In this document: in pieces, positions 19,348 to 30,366 of the stretch
Position numbering within the stretch: position 1 is the first letter of the stretch
Layout: each line of letters opens with the position of its first letter
Source: a bacterium
GTDB lineage: Bacteria > UBA8248 > JACPRG01 > G963555815
DNA length: 64,000 nucleotides
NCBI GenBank assembly: GCA_965261595.1
Contig: CBDHDG010000007.1
Coordinates: forward strand, 1,216,001-1,280,000
Direction of reading: 5' to 3'
Notes under the pieces: generated by a model
Seen by the model: the letters and a program-made list of their open reading frames with translations, nothing else
The model's database searches: none
What the model was told of the DNA's origin: nothing
Program-made: the position numbers and the translations under genes

Positions 19348-19553
19348 TTGCCGCGTCCCAGTTCTCCGGTCGCACGGGGTCGGCTGTCGATGTAGTCGCG
19401 TATTTCGGATTCTCGCCAGCGCACGGCCCTGCTGGAAATCCGGATCGGCAATGGAAATTTTGGCGGTTTCGATCTGATTAGTCTGTAAATTGAGGATCGG
19501 GAAAGTTTGGTGAGCGTTTCGACTTCGGGTCGCGTCAACAATCGATATTTCAT
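19344..19553 (-). CDS. AlpA-family phage regulatory protein
   Basis: LLTRPEVETLTKLSRSSIYRL...FPLPIRISSRAVRWRESEI; GGAGG RBS. Confidence 0.88.
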   Translation of the reverse strand: MKYRLLTRPEVETLTKLSRSSIYRLIRSKPPKFPLPIRISSRAVRWRESEIRDYIDSRPRATGELGRGK

Positions 19554-19657
19554 CACATCCTCCAGGAAAACATTTGATTCGCTACTTCCTGAAAGATGCA
19601 ACTTTTTCCCAGATGCTTCAAAACCTAACGAAAGGGGGGTGCGTTTTAGGGTGTTAA

Positions 19658-21061
19658 TGGACCGCCCCTGGGTTATTGGACACTCGGGTGAGGGTATTCG
19701 ACCTCATGCGGCCTCCGCAACTTGAGCGAGTTTTTCCTGCCTTGCCTGGGCCGGCGTTCGGTAGCCGTAGCCCTCGAGAATCCAATGATGGTTGTACAGG
19801 TTCTTGAACTCAAGCAGCGCCCACCGCAGTTCCTCTACGGTGGCGAAAGAGCGCACCCACAGGAGATTCTCCTTCAAGATGCGGATGAACCACTCACAGT
19901 AGCCATTTCCCTCGGGCGCCCGCACGAAGCTGGGCGAACTGGTCATGCCCAGGTAGGTGATCTCCCGCTGAAAGTCATCGGACAGATAGGCGGGGCCGTG
20001 GTCGTGACGAACTTTAAGCCCCTCGGCGACGTCCGCCTCCAAGCCGGCGAAGCGCTCGGCGACCCCCTGCCGGATCGGCTCCAGGGCCTCGAAGCGGTTG
20101 CCGCTCTTGGCCGCATGGATCCCCACGCAGTCCACCGAGCAGTGATCCACCGCCACGAACACCGAGGCCACCCCCTCCTCGGTGGTCACCGTCGTCGTCA
20201 TGTCCGTGCCCCACATTCGGTCGGGCCGCTCGGTGCGGATGGTCCCGTTGTGGGCCTTGGGACCTCGGGGTTTGCCCACCCGGTGGGGGGCCTGAAGCCC
20301 CGCCTCCCGCATCAGGCGACGCACCCGCTCCTTGCTGGTGCGGATGCCCGCGAAGCGCAGCCTCGCCCACACCTTGCGGTAGCCCTCGCCATGGAAGGGA
20401 GAGTCCTCCAGGACCTGCCGGATGTGGCCGAGGAGTTCCGCATCGGTGCACGGGCCCACAGGGCCGCGCTTATTGGGCGTGGGGCGTTCATGAACGGGGA
20501 CCGCCTCTCGCCGCCGTTGCGCGTAGACCGTGGAGCGCGCCAAGCCCCAAAGGGCGCACACCCGCTTCAGGCCGTAGGCTCTGCCCGTGGAGGTGAAGCG
20601 GGCCTGACTCATCGCCTCCACCTCCTGCCGGCTAAAGGGCGGCCGGCCTCCAGGCGGTCGATCTTCTCCCGCAGGACCTCGCCCTCCATCGTGAGTTCGC
20701 CCACCTTGGCCTTGAGCCGGGCGTTCTCCTCGTCCCGCTCATCCGCCGGGCGGGCTTTGAGCGCCGCCTCGCCCCCGCGAAGGAACGCCTCGCGCCAGGC
20801 GGAAAGCCGAACCGCTGTCGTGCCCAACTCGCGGCAGAGCGTCTCCAGGCTCTCGCCCCGCAAAAGACGCAGGACCGCCTCCCGCTTGCGCTGGCAGGAG
20901 AACCGACCCCGCTCACTGCGATGCCCTGGGGCCTTGGCTCCGTTCGCCCTGCGGGCGCCCTCCGCCAAAGCCCCCTCTTGCTTTTGTTCGTTCATCGCGA
21001 CACCCCTTTCTCCATGAATCATGGATCAATCGAGTGTCCAACAAAACCCTAGAGCGGGGGA
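19658..21061 (-). mobile_element. IS3-family element, copy A (orfA 20609-20995, orfB 19704-20612)
   Basis: 1404 bp; ends tcccccgctctaggg / tggaccgcccctggg; WGTD, HDHG, E-x-F DDE motifs; flanks TTAA and CGGG do not match. Confidence 0.95.
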
Positions 21062-23852
21062 CGGGGAGCTTGGCATACACCTTGATGGCTTCGTTCATCT
21101 CCAGCTGCTCGGCAAAGGTGCGTTCGGTGCCGGACTGGTAGATCACCTGCTCGTGAACCGATTTATTGGCGTCGAGCATGGATTTGAGGTAGCCGACTAG
21201 CTCTTCAGTCTCGAACAGTTGCTGGGCGTAGTAATCCCCGACGCCGATGCGCTGGTACTTAATGCCGTCCACGAGCGCGAGACGCTTCGAACGGTTGATG
21301 ACCTCTGCCGCGAGATCGATGAACTGCTGCGGGTTGCGTTTGAAGTCATCGAGCCGGCCGCTGTCCACGAGGATGCGGTGAATGCTACGCCGCGTGAGCT
21401 GGGTCTTGTCCTGGAGATCTGTCAGGATGTCGGGCAACTCGATGTCGCCCTCATCGAGCGTCACTGGGGCAGAGGTAACAGTCGCCTTCGCGTCTACCCC
21501 GGAGCGCCCGATGGCGAGATCGGCCTTGCGCCATTGCAGGCGCGTCTTGGTGATAGCGAAGTTCGGGACTTTGATCGCCTGGATACAGGTCGCGAGCAAG
21601 GCCTCGTTGTCGAACTGGATGCGGTACGTGGTCTTGTACTTGATGCGCTCCCACAGCGCCTTGAAGTCCTCGCCCTGCAAGACGGCCTGACGGGTCTTCA
21701 CCTGCTTGCGCTCGTCGGCGTTCTTGATCTCCAAGCGTCCTGCCAATTTGCGGAGGATCTCTTTCACCTGCGGGAGTTGGGCAACGAACGGCTCTGGCAG
21801 GGTCAGCGTGCCGTCCTTCAGTTGTTGCCGCAGCGCGTCCTGCACCTTGCCTTGGGCGTTCACGAGACCCGCAGTTTTCAAATGCTCCCACAGCACCTTC
21901 GACTGCTCGAAGCCCAGCGGCGCAGGCTGGCCATCGGTTCCAGAGGCGGTGACCCCGGCGAATTGGTGCGCCTCCACGATGCCGAAGCGAATACCCGTTT
22001 CTTCTTCGATCTCCTTCTGGAGTTTCTCGGCGAACTGTTCGTAGATCTCGGTCGCAATCACAGTCAGCGTGTTGATCTCGAAGCCGCGCAGGCGTTCGCC
22101 TTTCTGGTTTACGCAGAGACGCAGACCACGTCCGATGGTCTGGCGTCGCTGCTGCTCTGAACCCATCTCGCGCAATGCGCAGATTTGAAAGACGTTCGGG
22201 TTGTCCCAGCCTTCGCGTAGAGCGGAGTGGGAAAAGATGAACTTCAGCGGTGTGTCGAAGCTCAGCAACTTCTCCTTGTCCCGCATGATCAGGCCATAGG
22301 TGTCGTCGTCGGCCTGGGTGGTCCCTTTGGTGTCCTTGAACACCTCCACCGTCTTGGTGCCGACCTTCTTCTTATCGATGGAGAAATAGCCGCTGTGCAC
22401 GTCCTCGGCGGCGGTGGTCAGGTCCACTTCCTTGAAGAGGGTCTGGTAGTCGGGATGCTTGGCGAGCCGACGGTATTCCTCCTCGAAGATGCGGGCGTAG
22501 TCGCCCTTCACCGAGTTGCCGTCGGCGTCGTACTGCCGGTATTTCTCGACGGCATCGATAAAAAACAGGCTGAGCACCTTGATGCCCTGCGGGCGGAGAC
22601 GCTTCTCCTTGTCCAGGTGCTCCTTGATGGTGCGGTGGATCATCTGGCGCTGCACAGCCAGCGCGTCCACGTCGCCGTAGGCTTGGCCGGGACGGAGGTA
22701 TTCCTCGCCGCCGGGATAGCGGAGTTCCATGAACTTGTCGTCCTTGGCATCCCGGATGTCCTGCCCGATGATGTGGTCCCGGTAAATCTCCCGCTTGGTC
22801 ACTTCTTCGAGCTTGTCGAGCGGTGCCACGGTGACCGTCTGTCGGTCCACCCCGTGTGCCTTGGCGATGTCCAGCTCCACTCTGGCGCCCACGACGCCCT
22901 TGCCACGGGATACCGGCGCGATGAACCGCACATACGCCTTGTTGTACCCGCCCTCCACGGAGGCCGCCGCTACCTCAATCTGCTTCACCAGTTTCCGCTC
23001 GTAGGCATCCACCGCATCGAGCTTGAACACCATGTGGTGCGCCTCTTTCGGCGTCGCGGAATAGCGCAGGTTGCACAGCGGATTCATCCGCTCCATGGCC
23101 TTCTTGCCCTTGCCGTTGAGCCCGCCTTCCACGCTCTGCGGCTCGTCCACGATGAGGAGGGGGCGCGTCGCCCGGATCAGATCGATGGGCTTCTCCCCGC
23201 CCGTCTTTTCGCTGGGGCGATACATCACGTTCTTCGATTTCTCGCGTCGGGCGGCCTCGTCCGCTTCCTCCGTCTGCGCTTGCTGCTCGTCGCCGAACTT
23301 GTTGATCGCGCCCACCGTCATCACCATGATTTGAATCTGCGGGCTGGTCGCAAAGTTGCGCACCTGGCCGAGCTTCGCCGAGTCGTAGATGAAGAAGTCG
23401 ACGGGCGCGCCCGCGTAGAGCCCCTTGAGGTGCTCCGCCGCGGTCTCAATGGTGTGATAGACGCCTTCCTTGATCGCCACCGAGGGCACGACGATGACGA
23501 ACTTGGTGAAGCCGTAACGCTTGTTCAACTCAAAGACGGTCCGCAGATAGACATAGGTTTTGCCGGTACCGGTCTCCATCTCCACGGTGAAATCCCCGGA
23601 CGTGAGCGAGACTGACGGGGCAAGGCCGTGGCGGAGTTGGATGGCGTGCAGATTAGCGAGGAGTTCTTCGTCAAGAAGAGTCAGCCGATTGCCGATCCCG
23701 AGGTCGTTTTCGAGCAACGACATTTGCCCAGCGGCAGCGTCCCGCGTGACCGTGAATTCAGTCCGACAGGTCTCCTGACCGTGGAAAAGACCGCAGACGG
23801 CTTCGATGGCTTGAAGCTGGTAGTCGAGGTCGGGTTCGAAGTGGAGTTTCAT
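21062..23852 (-). pseudogene. res: Type III restriction Res subunit, C-terminus truncated by IS3
   Basis: EMETGTGKT, DEPQ, SALREGWDNPNVFQIC, QTIGRGLRL; native sequence stops at KVYAKLP at the IS junction. Confidence 0.9.
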
Positions 23853-23861
23853 GCTGCTCGA

Positions 23862-25916
23862 TTACAAGCTGCGGACGGTTTCGAGGCCGTGTTGCTGGAG
23901 GATGGCCGTCAAGTTGGTCTTAGCCACGTCGTCGGTGAACGCGCTGTCGCGGAAGACCACAACGCTCTCGCCAGCTGGGGCTTGTTCTTTGTGCCACGCG
24001 ACTACGCCAAGAGCCAGGGGCTCCGCCTCGGCCTGCGTGATGGAGTCGGCGAGGCAGACGAGGAGAACACCGCCGCCAATACTGTGGATGGCCTTGCCGG
24101 CAATGGTGCGCTGAACGATCGGCACGGTGAGGTCGAGGCCGAGCTTGAGCAGGAGTTCAAAGAGAATGTCCTGCTCGGTGCGGTCCTCTTTCAGGTTCTT
24201 CGTGTGCGCCTCCAGACTGGCGGCGAGGTCGGCGCGGTTAGGATCCCACGCCTGGATGTTGCTGCTATCCAGCTTGAACACGCGGAAGCCGAGGTCACCC
24301 GCGTACGTCGAGTTTTCCTCTTTAATCTTCGTTCGCAGCCGGCGAAGATGTTCCTTGGTCACCTCAGCGATGTTCCGTGGATGCTTCAGCGCGTCGCAGA
24401 ACGCCGCCGCAACCTGCTGATTTTTGTCTTTTGGATCGAGAGGTTCTGGAAGCTGGACCAATACGTATCGTCGAAGCTTTTGGTCAGCCACATTTTGCAG
24501 CAAGAGCGCGTGAGCTGTTGAACCGCTTCCTGCAAAGAAATCGACAAGGAGTCCGTCTGACTCCAGACCAATCTGGATCAGATAACGAAGCAGTTCTTTC
24601 GGTTTTGGATACTGGAAAGGTATACCCATGCTCTCAAGTTCCGAGCGCATCTTTTCGGTGGTCCCCATGTCGCGGAGGATGGAAAGAATGTTGCGGGCCT
24701 TTTCGCGATCTCGCCGGTAGTACACGACCCCGTTTCCTGAGAGGAAAAAAGACACCTTGTCGCCGGCGTCATCGATTGGTTGACAGCCATTCTGAATGAA
24801 TGCACGAAGCTTGTTTACGTTGGCCCACCCGCTGAAGAGTCGGCACTCCGAGACGAGCGCCATACCCTTGACTGCCAGTGGTTCCAACCTAATCGGATAG
24901 TTCACTGAAAACCTGTCTGTCAGCTCTCTGGTGATATAGCCCTGAGTCGCAACTGCTTCGAAGAAGGCAGGGGACACGTCGCTCGCAGGCAAGCGGAGGT
25001 GGTCTACTAGACACGGAAACCCAATTGGGAGCGTGACCTCACTGGGTGGATTACCTGGGCCATTCTTTGTAATTGAGTTCTCCGCAAATCCTTTCCACAA
25101 ATTGCTTTCTTCACAAGTGTTGGGATCTACGACGTGGCCAAGAGACGCTCGTGCACCATTGCGTGCGAACAGCAGGACATACTCGTGGCTAACTTTCACA
25201 TCGAACTGGTTGTCGGTGTGCCCCTCGGTATTCCACACGAACTGCGCGATGAAGTTCTCTTCACCGAACACCTCCGCGCAGATCTTTCTAAGGTTGTCAC
25301 TTTCATGGTCATCCGTGCTCACGAAGATGACCCCGTCATCACGCAGTAGATTCCGCGCCAGCTTGAGGCGGGGATACATCATGCTCAGCCAGTCGGTGTG
25401 GAAGCGGCCGGAGGCTTCAGTGTTGCTATTGATCTTCCGCCCGGCCTCGATCTGGCCGGTCAGTTCCAGATAATGTTTGATGCTGTCCTGGAAGTTGTCG
25501 GGATAGACGAAGTCCTTGCCGGTGTTGTAGGGCGGGTCGATGTAGATGAGCTTGACCTTCCCAGCGTAGGACTTCTGGAGGAGCTTGAGGACTTCAAGGT
25601 TGTCGCCCTCGATCATGAGGTTCTGGGTGGTGTCCCAGTCCACGCTGTCTTCCGGGCAGGGGCGCAGGGTGCCGGTGGAGGGGGTGAGAGCAAGCTGGCG
25701 GGCGCGGCGTTTACCATGCCAGTTGAGGCCGTATTTCTCCTCGGCATCGGTGACAGTCCGGTCGCCCACGAGCTGCTTGAGCACGTCGAGATTCACGGCC
25801 ACGCTGTCCGGCCCCTCGGTGACGAGTTCGGGGAAGAGCGCCCGGAGCCGGGAGACGTTCTCGGCGACGAGGTCGGGTGACTTCGTTTCGGGGTCGTTGG
25901 CGGTGAGTTTCTGCAT
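23862..25916 (-). CDS. mod: Type III restriction-modification methyltransferase (Mod)
   Basis: NLMIEGDNL, IYIDPPYNTG, DFFAGSGST; GAGGA RBS before ATG 25916. Confidence 0.93.
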   Translation of the reverse strand: MQKLTANDPETKSPDLVAENVSRLRALFPELVTEGPDSVAVNLDVLKQLVGDRTVTDAEEKYGLNWHGKRRARQLALTPSTGTLRPCPEDSVDWDTTQNLMIEGDNLEVLKLLQKSYAGKVKLIYIDPPYNTGKDFVYPDNFQDSIKHYLELTGQIEAGRKINSNTEASGRFHTDWLSMMYPRLKLARNLLRDDGVIFVSTDDHESDNLRKICAEVFGEENFIAQFVWNTEGHTDNQFDVKVSHEYVLLFARNGARASLGHVVDPNTCEESNLWKGFAENSITKNGPGNPPSEVTLPIGFPCLVDHLRLPASDVSPAFFEAVATQGYITRELTDRFSVNYPIRLEPLAVKGMALVSECRLFSGWANVNKLRAFIQNGCQPIDDAGDKVSFFLSGNGVVYYRRDREKARNILSILRDMGTTEKMRSELESMGIPFQYPKPKELLRYLIQIGLESDGLLVDFFAGSGSTAHALLLQNVADQKLRRYVLVQLPEPLDPKDKNQQVAAAFCDALKHPRNIAEVTKEHLRRLRTKIKEENSTYAGDLGFRVFKLDSSNIQAWDPNRADLAASLEAHTKNLKEDRTEQDILFELLLKLGLDLTVPIVQRTIAGKAIHSIGGGVLLVCLADSITQAEAEPLALGVVAWHKEQAPAGESVVVFRDSAFTDDVAKTNLTAILQQHGLETVRSL

Positions 25917-25930
25917 CGTGTCCTCGTGCT

Positions 25931-26689
25931 TCACAGGTTTGCGCGAGCAGCAACCTGAGCTGCCTCCACGCGCTTGAGTTCCAGGTTCAGTTCCACGCGC
26001 CGCGCCATCTGCTTTTCTTTGGCGGCGGTGGCGCGCAGGCGGGCGATCTCCGCATCGAGCCTTGCGCATTCCTGTAGGGCGTCGCGCCGGGCGGCGGCGT
26101 GGTCGGAGTTCGCCGCGACCGCGAAGGCACCGGTCACGCGGGCAGCTTGCAGCGCCAGCAGGGTACCGATCCAGCCATGATACAGGGTATGGAGCGTTGT
26201 GCCTGGCTGCTTGCCGAGCGCCAGCGCATCACAGAAGGTGGGCCAGTGTTCGCCATCGTGCTCCGCGTCCCACTCGACGGTGATCACGTCGCCCTCCAGC
26301 ACCGTCATACCCGCCTCAGCCTGCGACCAGCGTTTGTGGGCGACGGAAAGACCGGGCCGTTCGCCTTGCTCCGTCAAGAGCAGCAGCGGATAGGGCACGG
26401 CCCGGTGCACCAGCTCCACCAGCCGCGTCGCCTTGGCCGCGGCCCGCAGGGTGAGGCGCAGCACTGCAATCTCCAGATATTCCCGCACGTCGTCTCGATA
26501 CTCGGGTACACCGATAGTCGTGGGCTTGAGCGCCGCCAGCCAGAGCACCGCCTCTACGCCTTCGTTGATGAAGCGCTTGCCAGCCGCGGTAGGCGCACCG
26601 TGCTCAAGCAGCAGTTTCTTGGGCACGCGCTGATCCACCCGGCTACTGGCGGGCAGGTCGAGGGCGGCGAGCAGCGCATCGCCGGTCAT
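25931..26689 (-). CDS. DUF4391-like protein
   Basis: QRVPKK...VHRAVPYP...EKQMARRVELN pattern; lies between helicase and Mod. Confidence 0.8.
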   Translation of the reverse strand: MTGDALLAALDLPASSRVDQRVPKKLLLEHGAPTAAGKRFINEGVEAVLWLAALKPTTIGVPEYRDDVREYLEIAVLRLTLRAAAKATRLVELVHRAVPYPLLLLTEQGERPGLSVAHKRWSQAEAGMTVLEGDVITVEWDAEHDGEHWPTFCDALALGKQPGTTLHTLYHGWIGTLLALQAARVTGAFAVAANSDHAAARRDALQECARLDAEIARLRATAAKEKQMARRVELNLELKRVEAAQVAARANL

Positions 26690-29600
26690 CCGGTCACTTC
26701 TGGCAGCACCGCGAGCCAGGCCACCACTTCGAAGTCGTTGATGCCCCCGAACTCGCCCTTCATAGCGTGGGTGCCGCCGGGGGTGAACAGGCTCGCCACG
26801 GCGCGCTCGTCGTTCTTGCCGACCACCGAGGCCACGGCCGCGGCGAGCAGCCGCTGCGCGGCGCGCATGTCCTCGCCTTGCTTGGTCGCCTTGTCGAAGC
26901 GTGCGCAGGCACCGGCGTTTAGCAAGTCGCGCCCAAGGCAGAGGCGCTTGAGGCGGTCGAGGATCTGCTTGGCCTGCGTGTATGGCAGCAGCACCGTGCC
27001 GTCGTCGCCCACATGCACGAGATACTGGGCACCGAGCGGATAGCCGGTCTCGGCGCTGCGCTTGGCAGCTTCACCCTCTGCGCGCAGGCAAAAGATGATG
27101 CCTGGTGCGATCTCTGCTTCGGAGGTCGTCGTGACCGCGCAAGTGCCGAGGGGCAGATTCTCCAGCACGCCGGGGTGCGCCCTGAGGTATTGCGCCAAGT
27201 CGATGCGAAGGTCGGTGAGTGTCAGATCGGCAATGGAGACGCCGGTGGAGAGGTCCTCTAGTTCGATCACCGCGTCCTGGAGCTTCAACAGCTGCTTGCG
27301 GCGGTACTCCAGATCATTCATCTGGTTGCCGGAGTCCTGCTCAATCAGGTTCTCTTCGCCGGTGGCGGAGATGTCGAGCAGCACCATGCGGCCGCTGACC
27401 CGCTGTTCCAGCTTGATGTACTCCTCCAGTTCCATGTTCGGCCAGAAATTGACGAGCTGGATGCGCTCGTTGGGCGAGCCGATGCGATCGATGCGGCCGA
27501 AGCGCTGGATGATGCGGACCGGGTTCCAGTGGATGTCGTAGTTGATCAGCCAGTCGCAGTCCTGGAGATTCTGACCTTCGGAGATGCAATCTGTGGCGAT
27601 GAGCAGGTTGAGATCACCTTCGTTCGCGAATTCATCGGGTCGCTCTTTGGCCTTCGGTGCGAACGTGGCGAGAATCGAGGACAGGTCCTTACGCAGGCCG
27701 GCAATCGTCGTCTGGTTGCTGCCCGTGCCGGTCACCAGCGCCGTGTCGATGTCAAGGGTTGTCTTCGCCCACGGGGCGAGCTGGTCATAGAGATAACGGG
27801 CCGTGTCGGCGAAGGCGGTAAAGACGATCACCTTGCGGTTTCCGGGGTTGATCGGGTTCTGGCACTTCTGGTCAATCATCTCGCGCAGGGCCGTGAGCTT
27901 GGCGTCCCGTGAGGCATCCACCTTGGCCGCCGCCGCGTGCAGCGTCGCCAAGCGGTTGCGATCCTCGATCAGCTCTTGCTTCCAGTGGATGAGGTCCACG
28001 TCCTTCAGCAGCACCTTCACCCTACGCCCTACGAGCAGACTCTCGAAGGCGGGATCGTCGAGGTCCACGTCCTCGATGTCGATCTCCTCCAACTCCTCGG
28101 CGTGATTTTCGATGCGGGCCAGCGTGGCCTCCACGTCGCGCAACTGGCGCTGCACCGTCAGGGCGAATGACGGCACGGCGCTTTCCATGCGCTTGAGCAC
28201 GTTGACGCGCAGCAGGTGGATCAGGCTCTCCTCCCGGTCGGCCTGGCGGAAGAAGCCCTCACCGCCGCGAATCTCCGTGCTGTATTTCTTGTCGTACGCC
28301 GCCTGTCTGTGCGGCAGCACGTACCGGAGCGGGGCGTACGAGGCGAGGTTCAGACGTCGGATCTCGTTGTTGATCTCCCGGATCGATTGGAACTCGCCGG
28401 CAACGTCCACGTCAGCCTTGATGTTGATCGGCTTCAGGCGGTCAGGGAAGCGCCCGGTCTCGGCGGTGCCATAGTACTTCCCCACATGCTTGCGCGACCG
28501 GGCGATGGTCAGGCGATCGAGCAAGGTGAAGTAGTCGAACCCGAGCATCTCAACCAGCCGCGATGGTGTCCGTTCGACGTTATCGAGGTCCATCCAGCGG
28601 TTGAACTGCTTCTGCGCGAGGCGCGTCGTGCTGTCGATGCTACTGATGCCGTGATCGAGCAATGCCGTGTCGTCACCCTCGGTGGCGAAGGCGATCTGGT
28701 TGCGCATGTCAGCCATGCGATTGTTGACCGGGGTTGCAGACAGCATGAGCACGCGGGTCTTGACGCCTTCCTTGATGACCTTGCGCATCAGGCGGTCATA
28801 GCGCGTCTCGTTGCCGACTCGTGGCGTCTTCTTGTTGCGGAAATTGTGCGACTCGTCGATCACGACGAGGTCGTAGTTACCCCAGTTGACGTGAGCAAGA
28901 TCGACGTCTCCCGACTGGCCACCGTCTCGCGATAGGTCGGTGTGATTCAGGACGTCGTAATTGAAGCGATCGGGCGCAAGGAAGTTCCGGCGGTCGTTGG
29001 CCTTGTACAGCGTCCAGTTGTCGCGCAGGAGCTTTGGCACCAGCACGAGCACACGGTCGTTCCGGAGTTCGTGGTATTTGATGATCGCGAGCGCCTCGAA
29101 CGTCTTGCCGAGGCCGACGCTGTCGGCGATGATGCAGCCGCCGTAGCGCTCGAGCTTGGCAATCGCACCGACCACGCCATCACGCTGGAACCTGTAGAGC
29201 TTCTTCCAGACCACTGTGTTGCGGATGCCGGTTGCCAACTTGATCACGCGCTCTTCGTCGAGATCCTCGCCACGGTCGCGGAAGAGGTGATGCAGGATGA
29301 GCGTGTAGACGAGGAACGGGTCACGGTGTGCCGCGAGCGACTGCAGGTCGCCGATCAAGACGGTCTTTGCACCGGGGTCCGCCACAAGGCTTGACCACTG
29401 GACATCGAACCATTGACTGAGCAGGTGAGCTTCTTCGGGCGTCTCCGATGCCTGGATCAAGCTTAATGGATTGCCGGGCGTCAGCCCGAGGCCATCGGTA
29501 CTGAATGCGAGCGACCCGAGAAGAGCCTGGAGAGGGTGCCCCTCCCCGTCTCGCAGAACAACAGCGCCTTGGGGAACCGCGCCGGGGGCTCGCCGGATTT

Positions 29601-29883
29601 CGGCCCTGTCAGCCAGCCACTGGGAGAGCCGTTCGGCAAGCCAGCGCGTTTGCAAACGGTTGCGAGCGGCGCGGTCGGCGTCCGATCCCAAGACCGCCAA
29701 GTCTGTACTGGTCGGTGGCAGTAGCAGGCGGAAACGCGCCAGCGAACCGACTTCATTCTGCAGTTCTGAGAAGGCGAACACGGACAGGGAGGGAGTCACC
29801 ACGTCGAGCTGGCCGCCTACCGTGAGACTCGGGCGAAGAAGATCGACGACGCAGTCCGTACCTGCGTTGCGGACAATCTTCAT
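26686..29883 (-). CDS. SNF2-related helicase
   Basis: IIADSVGLGKT, DESH, LSATP, SEGQNLQ, QRFGRIDR; real start is MKIVRN (29883), the upstream in-frame part is IS sequence. Confidence 0.9.
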   Translation of the reverse strand: MKIVRNAGTDCVVDLLRPSLTVGGQLDVVTPSLSVFAFSELQNEVGSLARFRLLLPPTSTDLAVLGSDADRAARNRLQTRWLAERLSQWLADRAEIRRAPGAVPQGAVVLRDGEGHPLQALLGSLAFSTDGLGLTPGNPLSLIQASETPEEAHLLSQWFDVQWSSLVADPGAKTVLIGDLQSLAAHRDPFLVYTLILHHLFRDRGEDLDEERVIKLATGIRNTVVWKKLYRFQRDGVVGAIAKLERYGGCIIADSVGLGKTFEALAIIKYHELRNDRVLVLVPKLLRDNWTLYKANDRRNFLAPDRFNYDVLNHTDLSRDGGQSGDVDLAHVNWGNYDLVVIDESHNFRNKKTPRVGNETRYDRLMRKVIKEGVKTRVLMLSATPVNNRMADMRNQIAFATEGDDTALLDHGISSIDSTTRLAQKQFNRWMDLDNVERTPSRLVEMLGFDYFTLLDRLTIARSRKHVGKYYGTAETGRFPDRLKPINIKADVDVAGEFQSIREINNEIRRLNLASYAPLRYVLPHRQAAYDKKYSTEIRGGEGFFRQADREESLIHLLRVNVLKRMESAVPSFALTVQRQLRDVEATLARIENHAEELEEIDIEDVDLDDPAFESLLVGRRVKVLLKDVDLIHWKQELIEDRNRLATLHAAAAKVDASRDAKLTALREMIDQKCQNPINPGNRKVIVFTAFADTARYLYDQLAPWAKTTLDIDTALVTGTGSNQTTIAGLRKDLSSILATFAPKAKERPDEFANEGDLNLLIATDCISEGQNLQDCDWLINYDIHWNPVRIIQRFGRIDRIGSPNERIQLVNFWPNMELEEYIKLEQRVSGRMVLLDISATGEENLIEQDSGNQMNDLEYRRKQLLKLQDAVIELEDLSTGVSIADLTLTDLRIDLAQYLRAHPGVLENLPLGTCAVTTTSEAEIAPGIIFCLRAEGEAAKRSAETGYPLGAQYLVHVGDDGTVLLPYTQAKQILDRLKRLCLGRDLLNAGACARFDKATKQGEDMRAAQRLLAAAVASVVGKNDERAVASLFTPGGTHAMKGEFGGINDFEVVAWLAVLPEVTG

Positions 29884-29885
29884 GC

Positions 29886-30073
29886 TGGAGTTACCCCGTT
29901 TTGGTGGACAGGTTTGGGCTGTCGCCCCCAGCTCTGAGATGGGCGATGGCCGGTGGACGTAAAGTCTTCTCCATACCCTGGGGATAGGGTATCCCCGGAG
30001 GGTATGTCTTTCCCTTTGGCTCGCCGATCCGGGACGCATCGGGGACGGCTCGAGCCGGACGATGAGCGTTGCG
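29886..30073 (-). mobile_element. Orphan right-end fragment of the second IS3-family element
   Basis: Diverged reverse-complement match to about 36168-36355. Confidence 0.75.
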
Positions 30074-30364
30074 AGCATGCCGTGCCACTTTTCCTGCGGC
30101 AGCTGCCAAAGGCCCAAGCCTGAGCTTGCTCACGGCTCTCGCAAACCGGCTTTGACTTTCGATGATCCGCCTTACCGCCGATTGCTGCTCACGCACCTTG
30201 AGATAAGGCGCCCGGACCGCTTGAATCTGCCTTTGCAGATCGGCAAAGGGCTGCATCGCCTTTTGCAGCCCTTCGCAAATATCGAAAACGGGCTTCATTC
30301 CTTCCAGAAATTGCGCCCCTGCGGTTGCCGTTCTCAAAATTCCGTCGTCGCGTTTCCCATTCAT
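30074..30364 (-). pseudogene. Hypothetical protein, 3' end cut by the IS3 fragment
   Basis: MNGKRDDG... starts 3 bp after the RES gene stop and runs into IS sequence. Confidence 0.4.
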
Positions 30365-30366
30365 GT

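Noticed and set aside
29884..30117. N-terminal extensions in the ORF track (helicase from 30117, amidinotransferase from 16151, IS1380 piece from 61613)
   Set aside because: They read through IS termini, so they are fusion artefacts rather than native protein
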